A stretch of DNA of 24,949 bases, taken from a virus. Lineage: Duplodnaviria; Heunggongvirae; Uroviricota; Caudoviricetes. The stretch is from the IMG/VR virus record IMGVR_UViG_3300022187_000019; one strand, written 5' to 3'. Each line of letters begins with the position of its first letter. The stretch's first letter is position 1. Below are positions 8,129-16,990 of the stretch, piece after piece. The notes below the pieces were generated by a model, which was not told where the DNA came from, did not search any database, and worked only from the letters and a program-made list of their open reading frames with translations. A program made the translations under genes and the position numbers.

Positions 8129-9795
8129 GCGTAGAACCTCCCGTTGTGCAGGGTCAGCAGCGTGCGCCGACCGTTCGGATAAGTGACGATGTGGGTGTGC
8201 GACCACGAGGAGGGGCCACGGTTGTAGCCCATGTCGAGCGAGCCAGAGACGCCGCCCACATAGGCTCCGTCGCGGATCGCGGGGCTGTGGGTGTGGCCGG
8301 TGTTCGACTTCATCCCTGCCCGGCTGATCGCCAGCGGCGAACCGCGCGAGCCATTCGGACCGAGGTGGCCGTGCATCCCGCATTCGATGTCGCCGCAGAT
8401 GACGAAGGACTGGTCCTCGTTGACGAAGACGACATCGTCCGGGCACCCGTAGACACGCATGACCTGTTGGAAGATGTCCGGCGAACTCACGCCCTCAGCC
8501 AACTGCTTGTAATACCAAAGCTGGCAGGACAGGAAAAACACCGCGTTCTCCGGGTCGTCCCGGTAATCGGCGGTTTTCAGCCACTTGGTCAGTGCCTGAT
8601 CGTGGTTCGATTCCACCACCACCGACAGACAGTCGTCGCGCTGCACCTCGTTGAGGAAGTTAGCACAGCCGGCCAGCGCCACTTGGACGCTATCGCTCCG
8701 CGAGCCGGAGGTGTGCCGCTCGAACCGGAAGTGGTGGTCCTTGATGTTGTGGTGGTTTCGCGGCGCGAAGTCCGAGAGGTCGTGATAGAACTCGTAGTGC
8801 GGGCGCAGCGTGTGGATCAGGGGCATCGGGCCGAGATCGTGATCCTCGTCCACATACATGCGGTCCCAATTCGACTTGTTCCAGCGGACGCCCTCGTCCA
8901 CGTCATAGCCCCACGTCGCCAAGGCGACTTCTTCGTCCAGCTTCTCGTGGTGGATGTCACCGTAGGTGATCGCCTCGACCCGGTGTCCCTCGGTCACACC
9001 ATCACGCGTCACATACCGGTCGAGATCGTAGAACGAGCCGTCGTCCAGATCGGTCGCGAGGAGATGGCGGCAATAGGTCGAGCCGTCCGGGGCCAATTCG
9101 ACCAGCACGGCACCTACCATGTGATGGAACATGCCCTTGATGCCGGCCTTCTTGCGGATGTAGTTGGGCAGCGTGACGGCACCGGTGGTCATAAGCTGCT
9201 TGGCGCGCTCATGCTTCATGGTGGCGATCGATTCCAACTGCACCTTGGGATGCGGAAACACGCCCCAGCGCCCACGGGTGTAGGTCGAGAAGCCCGACAG
9301 CGGCGTGACGGCGGTCGGCAGCGTGTTCATCTCGCCGCAGAAGTCGAGTTCGTCGCCGACGCGGACGCGATCATGCGTGATGTAGGGATCGACCAGCGGG
9401 TGGAAGCCGACGCGCGGCGACCGGGTGTCGTGATCCTCGAACAGCTTCTTGGCGTAGGTGAAGCCGGAGACGATGATTTCGCAGTTCTCCAGCCAGTCCG
9501 CATAGACGTGCAGGCAGTTCCAGAAATCCTCGTGGACCTTGGAGCTATCCTGCGCCGAGGTCAGGATGAAATAGCGGACGTGGTCGGCCAGCGGCTCGAA
9601 CACCTGCGGCCGGGGTGCCCGGTAGGAGGTGAAAACGAACTCGCCGGAATCGGCCGTGGATGACAGAAGCTCAGCCATGTGCTTCTTGAGCCGGAGGCGG
9701 ATCGTGGACTCGGGAATACCGAGTTCACGACCAGCCGCCCGGATACCGCCGCAGATTTCGACGGCTTCTTGGATTTCTTGGATGGTGTGCTTCAT
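8125..9795 (-). CDS. N-terminal HTH plus calcineurin-like metallophosphoesterase
   Basis: GGIRAAGRELGIPESTIR (HTH); GDIH, HDLSDF, SNHD, HGH and GHTH metal motifs. Confidence 0.75.
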   Translation of the reverse strand: MKHTIQEIQEAVEICGGIRAAGRELGIPESTIRLRLKKHMAELLSSTADSGEFVFTSYRAPRPQVFEPLADHVRYFILTSAQDSSKVHEDFWNCLHVYADWLENCEIIVSGFTYAKKLFEDHDTRSPRVGFHPLVDPYITHDRVRVGDELDFCGEMNTLPTAVTPLSGFSTYTRGRWGVFPHPKVQLESIATMKHERAKQLMTTGAVTLPNYIRKKAGIKGMFHHMVGAVLVELAPDGSTYCRHLLATDLDDGSFYDLDRYVTRDGVTEGHRVEAITYGDIHHEKLDEEVALATWGYDVDEGVRWNKSNWDRMYVDEDHDLGPMPLIHTLRPHYEFYHDLSDFAPRNHHNIKDHHFRFERHTSGSRSDSVQVALAGCANFLNEVQRDDCLSVVVESNHDQALTKWLKTADYRDDPENAVFFLSCQLWYYKQLAEGVSSPDIFQQVMRVYGCPDDVVFVNEDQSFVICGDIECGMHGHLGPNGSRGSPLAISRAGMKSNTGHTHSPAIRDGAYVGGVSGSLDMGYNRGPSSWSHTHIVTYPNGRRTLLTLHNGRFYA

Positions 9796-9797
9796 TG

Positions 9798-10556
9798 TCA
9801 ACCCAGAATGGCGGTGGAAGCTGCGATGATGGCCGGCGGGGGCGCGAACATCGGATGGGAATAGGCGATGCCGCCGCAGCCGCTCTTGTGCCGCCAGTCC
9901 CAGACGAACCACGAATAGTTGTGGCGCGGGCTGCCGGTGGAGCCTTCGACCCAGCGCGGGCGCTTGGTGACGACGACCTTCTTGTGGAACGGCGGCAGAC
10001 CGAACAGGTCCATGCGTCCCTTCGAGCAGTCGAACTCGTTCCGCAGGAACATCGCGACCTGACCCTTGACGGGCTGCATCAGCGCGATCGCGTGGCGGAG
10101 GAACAGTTCGGCCAGACTGACGCTGCTGCTCTTCATCCCGTATTTACGGGCCAGCGGTTCAAGATGCGCCCATTCGTCCGAGGTCAGATCGACCGTCTCG
10201 TAAGGCGGGTTGGACACGATCGCCCGGATGCTATCGTCCGGGAGCTTGGTCTGCATGAGGAAGTCCGCGAGGCGGAACTTCTCATCATAGCCATAATCGA
10301 TGATGTCGCTCGCCCAGACCGTGTGGCCGTATTCGGTCAGCCGGTCGGCGATGTCGCCCTTCCCTGCCGCGCATTCCCAGACGTTGTCATGGATCGTGAC
10401 GTGCTGGAGCAGGCAGTCCACATTCTCCTGCGGGGTGCAGTAATGGTCGGCCGTGATGCGTTCATAACCGGAGTCGCCGATCATGGCGGCGTCTTTCAGG
10501 GCACGCGCCTTTCCCTTGGCGACGCCGATCGCCGCCGAAATATTTGGGTCTGTCAT
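9798..10556 (-). CDS. N6-adenine DNA methyltransferase-like protein
   Basis: WECAAGKG (SAM binding), SDI, DFL and NPPY motifs. Confidence 0.82.
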   Translation of the reverse strand: MTDPNISAAIGVAKGKARALKDAAMIGDSGYERITADHYCTPQENVDCLLQHVTIHDNVWECAAGKGDIADRLTEYGHTVWASDIIDYGYDEKFRLADFLMQTKLPDDSIRAIVSNPPYETVDLTSDEWAHLEPLARKYGMKSSSVSLAELFLRHAIALMQPVKGQVAMFLRNEFDCSKGRMDLFGLPPFHKKVVVTKRPRWVEGSTGSPRHNYSWFVWDWRHKSGCGGIAYSHPMFAPPPAIIAASTAILG

Positions 10557-10564
10557 GGGGTTCC

Positions 10565-11131
10565 TTAGCGGAGGGAGAATTTGGTCTTGATCGCGCGCCA
10601 GAGATGAACCAGCGTTTCCGAGATCGTCGGAGCCTTGGACATCAGCATGACGTTGATCTTCCCGGCCGGGCGCGGGAAATCGATACCGATCATGGGGATG
10701 CCGGCGTCGGCGAAGATTTCCTGCGTCTTGGCGAGACTGGCCGCCCAGCGTTCGGCGACCTCCGGGGCCGGGTTCTCGTAGACGACGCGGGTGATCCCGG
10801 CCTGAGCCACGAAGACGGCACAGCGATCGCACGGCGGTAGCTTCGAGGTGTAGAGCGTGCAGCCATCAACGGAGCCGCCCGCGTTCAGGATGGCGTTCAT
10901 CTCGGCGTGGACGATGCGGCTGTATTTGACCTCCCGGTCAGCGTAGAGCGCCGGGTCGTCCGACATCCCACGCGGGAAGCCGTTGTAGCCGAGGCTGGCG
11001 ATCGTCTTGCCGTCGGGGCGAACGATGACCGCGCCGACCTTGGTGCTGGGGTCCTTCGATCGGGTGGAGACATAGTCTGCCATGCCGATGAAGAACTGAT
11101 CCCATTCAGCCTGCTTGGTGTTGGAGTCCAT
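10565..11131 (-). CDS. dCMP deaminase
   Basis: SKDPSTKVGA, GYNG, HAEMNA and PCxxC motifs. Confidence 0.93.
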   Translation of the reverse strand: MDSNTKQAEWDQFFIGMADYVSTRSKDPSTKVGAVIVRPDGKTIASLGYNGFPRGMSDDPALYADREVKYSRIVHAEMNAILNAGGSVDGCTLYTSKLPPCDRCAVFVAQAGITRVVYENPAPEVAERWAASLAKTQEIFADAGIPMIGIDFPRPAGKINVMLMSKAPTISETLVHLWRAIKTKFSLR

Positions 11132-11546
11132 AGGTTGCTTTCGTGTAGGCGGGCACGATCATTTCGGCGGCGATACAGCGCGCGACTTTCTCGTGGAGCT
11201 TGGTGATGAGGGCGTTCTTGTCGCTGATCGCCTCGAAGCGCGAGACCGAGGCTTCGACCTCGAACCGCTGCCCGTTGAAATCGAACAGGCAGTGCGCTTT
11301 CTCTTCGCCCAAGAAGTTGAGCGACTCGAAGAAGACCACGGCGTTGAAGCCATTGCCTTCAAGGCGGATCGCGTCCTTGAACTTGGCCGCTGCTGCCTGC
11401 TCCATCTCCCGGAGCAGGCGGACGCTTTCGTCGGTGGGCGCGCGATGCTCGGTGATCTGGGCGCGGCTATCGATGTAAGCCCGATGGGTTTCGGACCGGC
11501 GAGGCCACGGTTCCCCGTAGCCTCCGTCACCTCCCCAGATGCTCAA
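11106..11546 (-). CDS. Hypothetical protein
   Basis: Operonic coupling to the upstream gene. Confidence 0.65.
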   Translation of the reverse strand: MSIWGGDGGYGEPWPRRSETHRAYIDSRAQITEHRAPTDESVRLLREMEQAAAAKFKDAIRLEGNGFNAVVFFESLNFLGEEKAHCLFDFNGQRFEVEASVSRFEAISDKNALITKLHEKVARCIAAEMIVPAYTKATYGLQHQAG

Positions 11547-11821
11547 CCGCCCAGCGCCTTGTTCGCGATTTCGAGCTTCGCCTCGGGCGACAGGCCGCCG
11601 ACGATGCCCTTCTCGATCAGCGCGAGGCGTTCGCTCAGCACGCGCTCGGCCGAGGTGAGGCCCTGCGCCGTCGCGGCTTCCTTGTGGATGAACATGATCG
11701 CCTCGTTGAGCAGCACGAGGTCGCTGGTGAGGCGGCTCTGGTTCAGCGTCGCTTCGATGCGGACGCCGGCCGGCAACAGATCGCTCGTGTCGCCATTGAT
11801 GTTGATGACGAAATTGCTCAC
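11543..11821 (-). CDS. Hypothetical protein
   Basis: ATGA coupling with its neighbour. Confidence 0.7.
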   Translation of the reverse strand: MSNFVININGDTSDLLPAGVRIEATLNQSRLTSDLVLLNEAIMFIHKEAATAQGLTSAERVLSERLALIEKGIVGGLSPEAKLEIANKALGG

Positions 11822-12561
11822 AGGAGGTATCCCCGATTCAGGTAATTGAGCGGAATGTGGTTGCCGCCGGTGGTGGTGATCTCCTCGAACTTTTCGAGGA
11901 ACTTCCGCTTCGCCGTCTTGGCGTCCCAGACGTAGAATTCCGGGACGACGGAGTGGATCGAGATGCCGGGATGGTCGTTCTCGTTCGTGTAAGGCACGCA
12001 GGGCTTGCCCACGAGCGCATCACGTTCGAGGAAGATCATCATGTCATCGACCTTCCGCACCGCGTTCTGGACGGCAGCGCTCATCGGCACCTTGAAGACC
12101 GAGATGATCTTCCGCATCAGCGCCGCTTCGACCGCGTAATAGTCGCCCAGCTTCGCCTTGATCGGGCGCGGGACATCCCGCAGATAGGCTTCCGAGGCGT
12201 CGTGGATGAAGCCGTAGAGCGTCGGCGCGACTTCCGCGTCCCAATCGACATCAGGCAGCAGCGTCTTGCGGTTCAGGTTGACGATGTCCGCAACGTGGAC
12301 GCAATGCTGCGCCACCGAATAATCCGACGGGTCGCCGTTGATGTCCATGGTGACGCCGGCCCAGCGCCTTTCACCGGCGAGGACGTGGGCGATGAATTCG
12401 ATGTCGAAGTCGTTGCCGGGATGGTCCGGCTCCAGCGGCCAGAAGTAGCGACCATGGGTGATCTGGTTGGCACCGTCGAGGCTGCTGATCTTGGCGACGG
12501 CGTGATGGCGTGCCAAAGCAGAACGCCACTGATCGGGCGTCCGCAAACATGAGAGTTGCAT
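11818..12561 (-). CDS. HD-domain 5'-deoxynucleotidase (YfbR-like)
   Basis: IAHVLA...RWAG, YSVAQH and HDASEAY..DVPRPIK motifs. Confidence 0.88.
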   Translation of the reverse strand: MQLSCLRTPDQWRSALARHHAVAKISSLDGANQITHGRYFWPLEPDHPGNDFDIEFIAHVLAGERRWAGVTMDINGDPSDYSVAQHCVHVADIVNLNRKTLLPDVDWDAEVAPTLYGFIHDASEAYLRDVPRPIKAKLGDYYAVEAALMRKIISVFKVPMSAAVQNAVRKVDDMMIFLERDALVGKPCVPYTNENDHPGISIHSVVPEFYVWDAKTAKRKFLEKFEEITTTGGNHIPLNYLNRGYLL

Positions 12562-12588
12562 CGGGATTCCTTTGTCGGGAAGGATGTC

Positions 12589-12634
12589 TGTTAAGCAGAA
12601 CTGACTGTGAATGTCAAGTTAGAATGTCGGTGAC
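12589..12634 (-). promoter_or_regulatory. Phage promoter
   Basis: ACCGACATTCTAAC-TTGACA (12612-12617)-N17-TTAACA. Confidence 0.75.
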
Positions 12635-12636
12635 GA

Positions 12637-12813
12637 CTACTTCGATGCGATCGCCGTCAGCGCGTCAGCGATCCGCTCCATAGCAGCCGCCTTGCGGTTC
12701 TCGATAATGACGCGGGCAACGTCAATGCGGTGCTCGGTGCTGTAGAGGATGCTCTGCACTCGGCGGTGGTTCAGGAGGTCCACGACCTCGTCGATCTGAT
12801 CGTTCTTGATCAT
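12637..12813 (-). CDS. Small hypothetical protein
   Basis: ATG overlaps the upstream TGA. Confidence 0.6.
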   Translation of the reverse strand: MIKNDQIDEVVDLLNHRRVQSILYSTEHRIDVARVIIENRKAAAMERIADALTAIASK

Positions 12814-13025
12814 CACGCGCTCCATTCTTCGTCTTTGAGTTCATAGAGTTCGGTGGTCATCTCGACCGCCTTGTTGCGCCAGAAGATGCGGTCCTCTTTC
12901 TCAAGGCTGCTCCAGCACGGGGCTTTCTGGATGATCTCCATGTCGTTCCGTTGCCGGACGAAGGACTCGAACAGGGAGACGGCCAGCGTCTCCAGCGGGA
13001 AGAGCTTGATGAGGGCTTCGTCCAT
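12813..13025 (-). CDS. Small hypothetical protein
   Basis: ATG overlaps the upstream TGA. Confidence 0.65.
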   Translation of the reverse strand: MDEALIKLFPLETLAVSLFESFVRQRNDMEIIQKAPCWSSLEKEDRIFWRNKAVEMTTELYELKDEEWSA

Positions 13026-13735
13026 CACGCGTTCCGATCCGTGTCGCCAAGCTCCATCACGTTCACGGACAGGATGCAGGCGCTCTTGTCCAAGGCGTTC
13101 GACGACATCGCGCACGGCGTATCGTTGCTCGTGATGTAGGTGATCATCGCCACCGCTTCCCGGCCGGTGTAGCCAGCGCCGCGAGGATCAAATTCGCGAA
13201 GTAGCATCCGGTCGCCGACCCGATATGGCCGCTCGGTCTTGTCCCGCATGTCGTGCTTCTTCTTGCCAGCGCACATCGGCTCGAAGAACCAAGGCCACGA
13301 CTTGACCTCGTAGTCGTAATGGGCGTGATGGCCACCGGGCGTCAGGGCCATCGGCGTGCCGGCCGTGGGGAGTCGTTCCCACGTCGCTTCGGGCAGAGGC
13401 GTGCGGATCGTGTATGCCCGCCCACCTGTGAGTGATGACATAGGGATCACGTCTCCCTCGCTGTCGAGCGTGATGAGATCGTGCTCGAAAGCCAGTTGAG
13501 AGATTTCGATGCGGTCAGCCTCGGACATGTGTTCTTCGAGACGGTCGATGAGATCGTTCGGATCGATCTTCTTACCGATCACCTGCATCAGGATGTCCAT
13601 GAGGTATTCGCGACGTTCGAGTGGAGTGTAGGCGTTCAAGTCTTTCTCCGTGTAATAGGTGATGCGGCCATCAAGGTGAAAAGCCATGCCGGCATACCAG
13701 TGGATTTTGGTGGGATAGGGATACGGCTCACTCAT
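13025..13735 (-). CDS. Protein with a C-terminal DUF3850 (ASCH/PUA-like) domain
   Basis: YEVKSWPWFF...GKKKHDMR...YRVGDRMLLREF...YTGR...ITYI. Confidence 0.75.
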   Translation of the reverse strand: MSEPYPYPTKIHWYAGMAFHLDGRITYYTEKDLNAYTPLERREYLMDILMQVIGKKIDPNDLIDRLEEHMSEADRIEISQLAFEHDLITLDSEGDVIPMSSLTGGRAYTIRTPLPEATWERLPTAGTPMALTPGGHHAHYDYEVKSWPWFFEPMCAGKKKHDMRDKTERPYRVGDRMLLREFDPRGAGYTGREAVAMITYITSNDTPCAMSSNALDKSACILSVNVMELGDTDRNA

Positions 13736-13907
13736 ACTCGGCGAGCCGGCGGTCCTTCTCAGCTTCGTCGAACGGCCATTCGTCGATCTCGCATTCGCAC
13801 TCCGGGCAGAAGCCGAGATCGTCCGGCAGCGGCCGGGTGGGATGGTCTTGCAGATCAGCGACCGGGCCGAGCCAGCCACACTGGCCGCATTCAACAAACA
13901 TGCTCAT
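13728..13907 (-). CDS. 59-aa zinc-ribbon protein (not in the ORF track)
   Basis: AAGGAA SD. MSMFVECGQCGW...FCPECE...LAEYE*. Confidence 0.72.
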   Translation of the reverse strand: MSMFVECGQCGWLGPVADLQDHPTRPLPDDLGFCPECECEIDEWPFDEAEKDRRLAEYE

Positions 13908-13917
13908 GCTGTTTCCT

Positions 13918-14091
13918 TCATCTGGTTTTCTTTGGGAGGCGGACGATTTTTCGCTTTTGCTGACGGACGATTTTTAGCTTTTGCTGCTCCGTCTCGCGCT
14001 TGGCGGCCAGTTCGATGAGTTTGTCGTATCCACCGGCGGCGCGGGCCGCCCGCCCTGCCCGGCGCTGTTCCTCAAGGGTGGTGATCAGCAT
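13918..14091 (-). CDS. 57-aa basic protein containing a 24-bp tandem repeat (not in the ORF track)
   Basis: ATG overlaps the helicase TGA. QQKLKIVR/QQKRKIVR repeat at 13940-13986. Confidence 0.65.
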   Translation of the reverse strand: MLITTLEEQRRAGRAARAAGGYDKLIELAAKRETEQQKLKIVRQQKRKIVRLPKKTR

Positions 14092-15896
14092 CACGCGACC
14101 TTTCGTTCAGGCTCGACGCCATCGACGCCTTCCTGAATCATGGCGATGCGATCGATCAGGGTCTGGATGGTCAGGGCGTCCATCGTCCCGTCCACGACGA
14201 GGAACTGGATCAGGACGTTGTGCTCCAGACCGATGCGATGCGCCCGGTCCTCGCACTGCTCCATGTCGCCGGGGACCGACCACATCTCGACGAAGACAAC
14301 GATCGTCGCCTCGGTCAGGGTGTGCCCGACGCCGCCGGCCTTGAGGTTGCAGAGGATGACGTTGCAGTCCGGGTCCGGCTCGATCGCATTGTCGTTGTCA
14401 CCTTGGAACCTCAGCTTCTCCGCCTCGACCTTCTTGGCCCCGAGGCCGCCGATGATGCGGGCCGCCGTCGGGAACTCCTGATGTAGCGCGGCGATCACGT
14501 CCTTGTGGATGGCGAACACGATGACCTTCTCGCCAGTCTCCACGAGGCGCTTGATATGCTCGGCCGCCATCGGCACCTTGGACAGCGCCAGATCGTGGCG
14601 CGCTTCGGAATAGGCAGCAAAGCCCGGCAGCAGTTCGCCGCCGTCCAGATCGTCGATCTCCTCCGCATCGAAGCCTTGCGGCAGGATTCGGGTCATGCAG
14701 TCGAGGATGTAGGCCGGGTCCGCCTCTGCCAGCACCTCCTTTGGCTTGTAGACGACGCCGTCGTTAGCGGCGTCGAGCATGGCGAAGGCATCGGTGAACT
14801 TGTCGCGCTCGGTCTTGATCTTCTTCTTCAAGCCCTCCTGCGGGAAGATCACGATCTCGCGCGTCTTCTCCGGCAGGTCCTTGAGCACGTTCTTCTTCAA
14901 GCGCCGGATCATGAACGCCCGGCGCAGAAGCTCGTTGAGTTCGGTCAGGTTGGAGCCGCCGTCAGCCTGCAAGCCGAAGCCGGTCATCACCGCGTCGCAA
15001 TAGGTGAAGGCGAAATCGTCCCAGCTTGCGCCCAGCCCGTGCGGGTCGAAGTCCCGGATCATGGTCCACATGTCCTTGGGCTTCTTCATCATCGGGGTGC
15101 CGGTCAGCATCACGCGCCTCTCGGCACGCAGGCACGGAACCTTCTCGACGCGGCCAGACACGCGCTGCTTGATGCGCTGGGGAACGCGGGTGACCTTCTT
15201 GGTGCTCCAATCCATCTTGTAGACGCCGAAGATTGCCTGCGTCCGCTTGGACTCACCGTTCGAGAGATACTGCGCTTCGTCGCAGACGAGGATGTCCCAA
15301 TGCTCAGCCCACAGCGCGTCCCGATTACGATTCAGGATGTCGTAGTTGATGATGACGAAGTCGGTGTCGGGGATGTCGTCGCCATAGGCCACGCCGACGG
15401 TCAGCGATTTGTCGGCCAACCACTTGGTCATCTCCTTGAGCCAGTTCAGCTTCAAGGTCGCCGGGCAGACGATGACACCCGACACGAGGCCGAGATGGTT
15501 GATGATCCCGATGGCCTGAATCGTCTTGCCGAGGCCCGGACTGTCTGCGATCAGCGTGTCATCGCGCTCGCTGGCGTAGAGGATGCCGGCCTTCTGGTAG
15601 GGGAGATAGTCGAGGACTTCACCCTTGTGGTTGACGATGTGTGGTCGCGTGATGTCCGCCTGTGCTTCCATCGAATAGGACAGCGCCATCGCCGCCTCTA
15701 GCTCGGTGAGCTTGGCGTCCAGATCGGCGTAGGTGTCGTCATCGGCGTAGTCGATATAATCGGCCGCCTTGCGCCAGTCCGTCGTGTGATAGTAGCGCCC
15801 GGCCCGGTGGAAGACGAAGCCCGCGTCGCGCAGTTCGCCCCACCGGCTCTCGCGCGAGGTGACGATGTAGCGCCCCTCGGAGAATGTGAGCTTCAT
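14091..15896 (-). CDS. SNF2-family (SMARCAL1/HARP-like) helicase
   Basis: PYQ, DSPGLGKT, DEAQ, LTGTP, RRLKKNVLKDLP and QCEDRAHRIG motifs. Confidence 0.93.
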   Translation of the reverse strand: MKLTFSEGRYIVTSRESRWGELRDAGFVFHRAGRYYHTTDWRKAADYIDYADDDTYADLDAKLTELEAAMALSYSMEAQADITRPHIVNHKGEVLDYLPYQKAGILYASERDDTLIADSPGLGKTIQAIGIINHLGLVSGVIVCPATLKLNWLKEMTKWLADKSLTVGVAYGDDIPDTDFVIINYDILNRNRDALWAEHWDILVCDEAQYLSNGESKRTQAIFGVYKMDWSTKKVTRVPQRIKQRVSGRVEKVPCLRAERRVMLTGTPMMKKPKDMWTMIRDFDPHGLGASWDDFAFTYCDAVMTGFGLQADGGSNLTELNELLRRAFMIRRLKKNVLKDLPEKTREIVIFPQEGLKKKIKTERDKFTDAFAMLDAANDGVVYKPKEVLAEADPAYILDCMTRILPQGFDAEEIDDLDGGELLPGFAAYSEARHDLALSKVPMAAEHIKRLVETGEKVIVFAIHKDVIAALHQEFPTAARIIGGLGAKKVEAEKLRFQGDNDNAIEPDPDCNVILCNLKAGGVGHTLTEATIVVFVEMWSVPGDMEQCEDRAHRIGLEHNVLIQFLVVDGTMDALTIQTLIDRIAMIQEGVDGVEPERKVA

Positions 15897-16066
15897 GGGC
15901 GGTGCAGTATGATCGGCTGGTTGCGGAAACCGCCTTGCGCCGCCCGGTCCCGCAGCATTTGCATCAGGCGGACAGTCTCAACGCTCTTCGCCTTGCCGGC
16001 GTCGGTCATCCCCTCTTCGATCGCGGCGAAGTGCGCGTTCAGGGAATCATTGGAAAGTGATTGCAT
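15893..16066 (-). CDS. Small hypothetical protein
   Basis: ATG 16066 lies just downstream of the minus-strand promoter; ATGA coupling to the helicase. Confidence 0.6.
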   Translation of the reverse strand: MQSLSNDSLNAHFAAIEEGMTDAGKAKSVETVRLMQMLRDRAAQGGFRNQPIILHRP

Positions 16067-16073
16067 GGTGCCG

Positions 16074-16119
16074 CAGCTATGTGATTTCGCTTGCAATGTC
16101 AAGCCAAAATGGCTATAGT
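16074..16119. promoter_or_regulatory. Overlapping divergent promoters at the strand switch
   Basis: Plus: TTGCAA (16091)-N17-TATAGT (16114). Minus: TTGACA (16102-16097)-N17-TAGCTG. Confidence 0.75.
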
Positions 16120-16146
16120 GCAATTGTGACTGTCCCTAATGGCCCG

Positions 16147-16374
16147 ATGAAAAAAGTGACCGGAAGGGTCATAAGCTCCAGACCACTCCAAACCGAGTGG
16201 GAGCCGGAGGATTGCCTGTGCCAAGGCAAGGTCCCCGAGAACAAACGCATCGATGTCCTGAACCGCATCTACGACGAGAAGCGCCAGAAATGGCGCTGGA
16301 AGAGTCAGATGCGCTTCCATCAGGACTGCCCCGTCCATGGAATCAGGATCAGCGACGAATGCCACGAGGACTAA
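16147..16374 (+). CDS. Hypothetical protein (CxC / CPxH); start may be GTG 16126
   Basis: First ORF after the plus-strand promoter. Confidence 0.6.
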   Translation: MKKVTGRVISSRPLQTEWEPEDCLCQGKVPENKRIDVLNRIYDEKRQKWRWKSQMRFHQDCPVHGIRISDECHED

Positions 16375-16547
16375 GCCCCAACGCCTGCAACACCATCGAG
16401 CGGGAGGGCGTGATCCCTCCTGAATGCAGTTTCCTGAACCCCACCCTGCATTTCTGTCCGTCGTGGCAGGATGCACTGATCGACGACACGGACCCGGAAT
16501 ATGACCGGTGCCGTTGCCATGGAGAAAAGCGTGCAGCGCACGATTGA
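16359..16547 (+). CDS. Cys-rich hypothetical protein
   Basis: Overlaps both neighbours in operon fashion. Confidence 0.5.
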   Translation: MPRGLSPNACNTIEREGVIPPECSFLNPTLHFCPSWQDALIDDTDPEYDRCRCHGEKRAAHD

Positions 16548-16905
16548 AGAAATTGCTACCGAACTGGTTTCCGACCCGCGCCCTAACGGCCCTGATGGGG
16601 CCTGCAACATCGATCGCTTCATGTATGTCACCGAGGTTTTCGGGATGGAAGAGATCGACTTCGACCAGTTCTACGACTTCACTTATGTGACGCAGTGCAA
16701 GGACGTGGACATGGTTGAGGCGGTCAAGCAGGTCGCCTTGCTCAAGATCGACTTCGCCCACCGCATGTATGACCACGGCCACATCGACATCGTCGAGTTC
16801 AACGCCGAGGTCTCCCATCTCATCCTGTCCGTGCAGCGGATCAACTGGCACCTCGACCATCTGGCGCGCGATCGCCCTACCCCGCCCTTCCCGTTCATCC
16901 ACTGA
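16531..16905 (+). CDS. Hypothetical protein
   Basis: GGAG SD before GTG 16531; phage-like codon usage. Confidence 0.7.
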   Translation: MQRTIEEIATELVSDPRPNGPDGACNIDRFMYVTEVFGMEEIDFDQFYDFTYVTQCKDVDMVEAVKQVALLKIDFAHRMYDHGHIDIVEFNAEVSHLILSVQRINWHLDHLARDRPTPPFPFIH

Positions 16906-16932
16906 CGGACTCCATCACTTCTTCCATTGATA

Positions 16933-16961
16933 TTGACTCCGGTTGCGAATCGCCTTATCCA
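16933..16961 (+). promoter_or_regulatory. Promoter for the recombinase
   Basis: TTGACT-N17-TATCCA. Confidence 0.55.
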
Positions 16962-16990
16962 GCGATTCGTCAATCACATGGAGACAGACA

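Noticed and set aside
1835-12561. MazG + HD nucleotidase + family A polymerase as a 2-aminoadenine (dZ) genome system (MazZ/DatZ/DpoZ)
   Set aside because: No PurZ in the window, the polymerase is T7-type, and an adenine methyltransferase-like gene is present. It cannot be fully excluded without the rest of the genome.
13940-13986. 24-bp tandem repeat as a regulatory or CRISPR-like element
   Set aside because: Two adjacent in-frame copies inside a small ORF; a simple coding duplication.
759-16902. Long antisense ORFs in the track (e.g. 759-2219, 8146-9663, 14505-15701, 16099-16902)
   Set aside because: They are shadows of real genes in high-GC DNA, with no SD sites or motifs.
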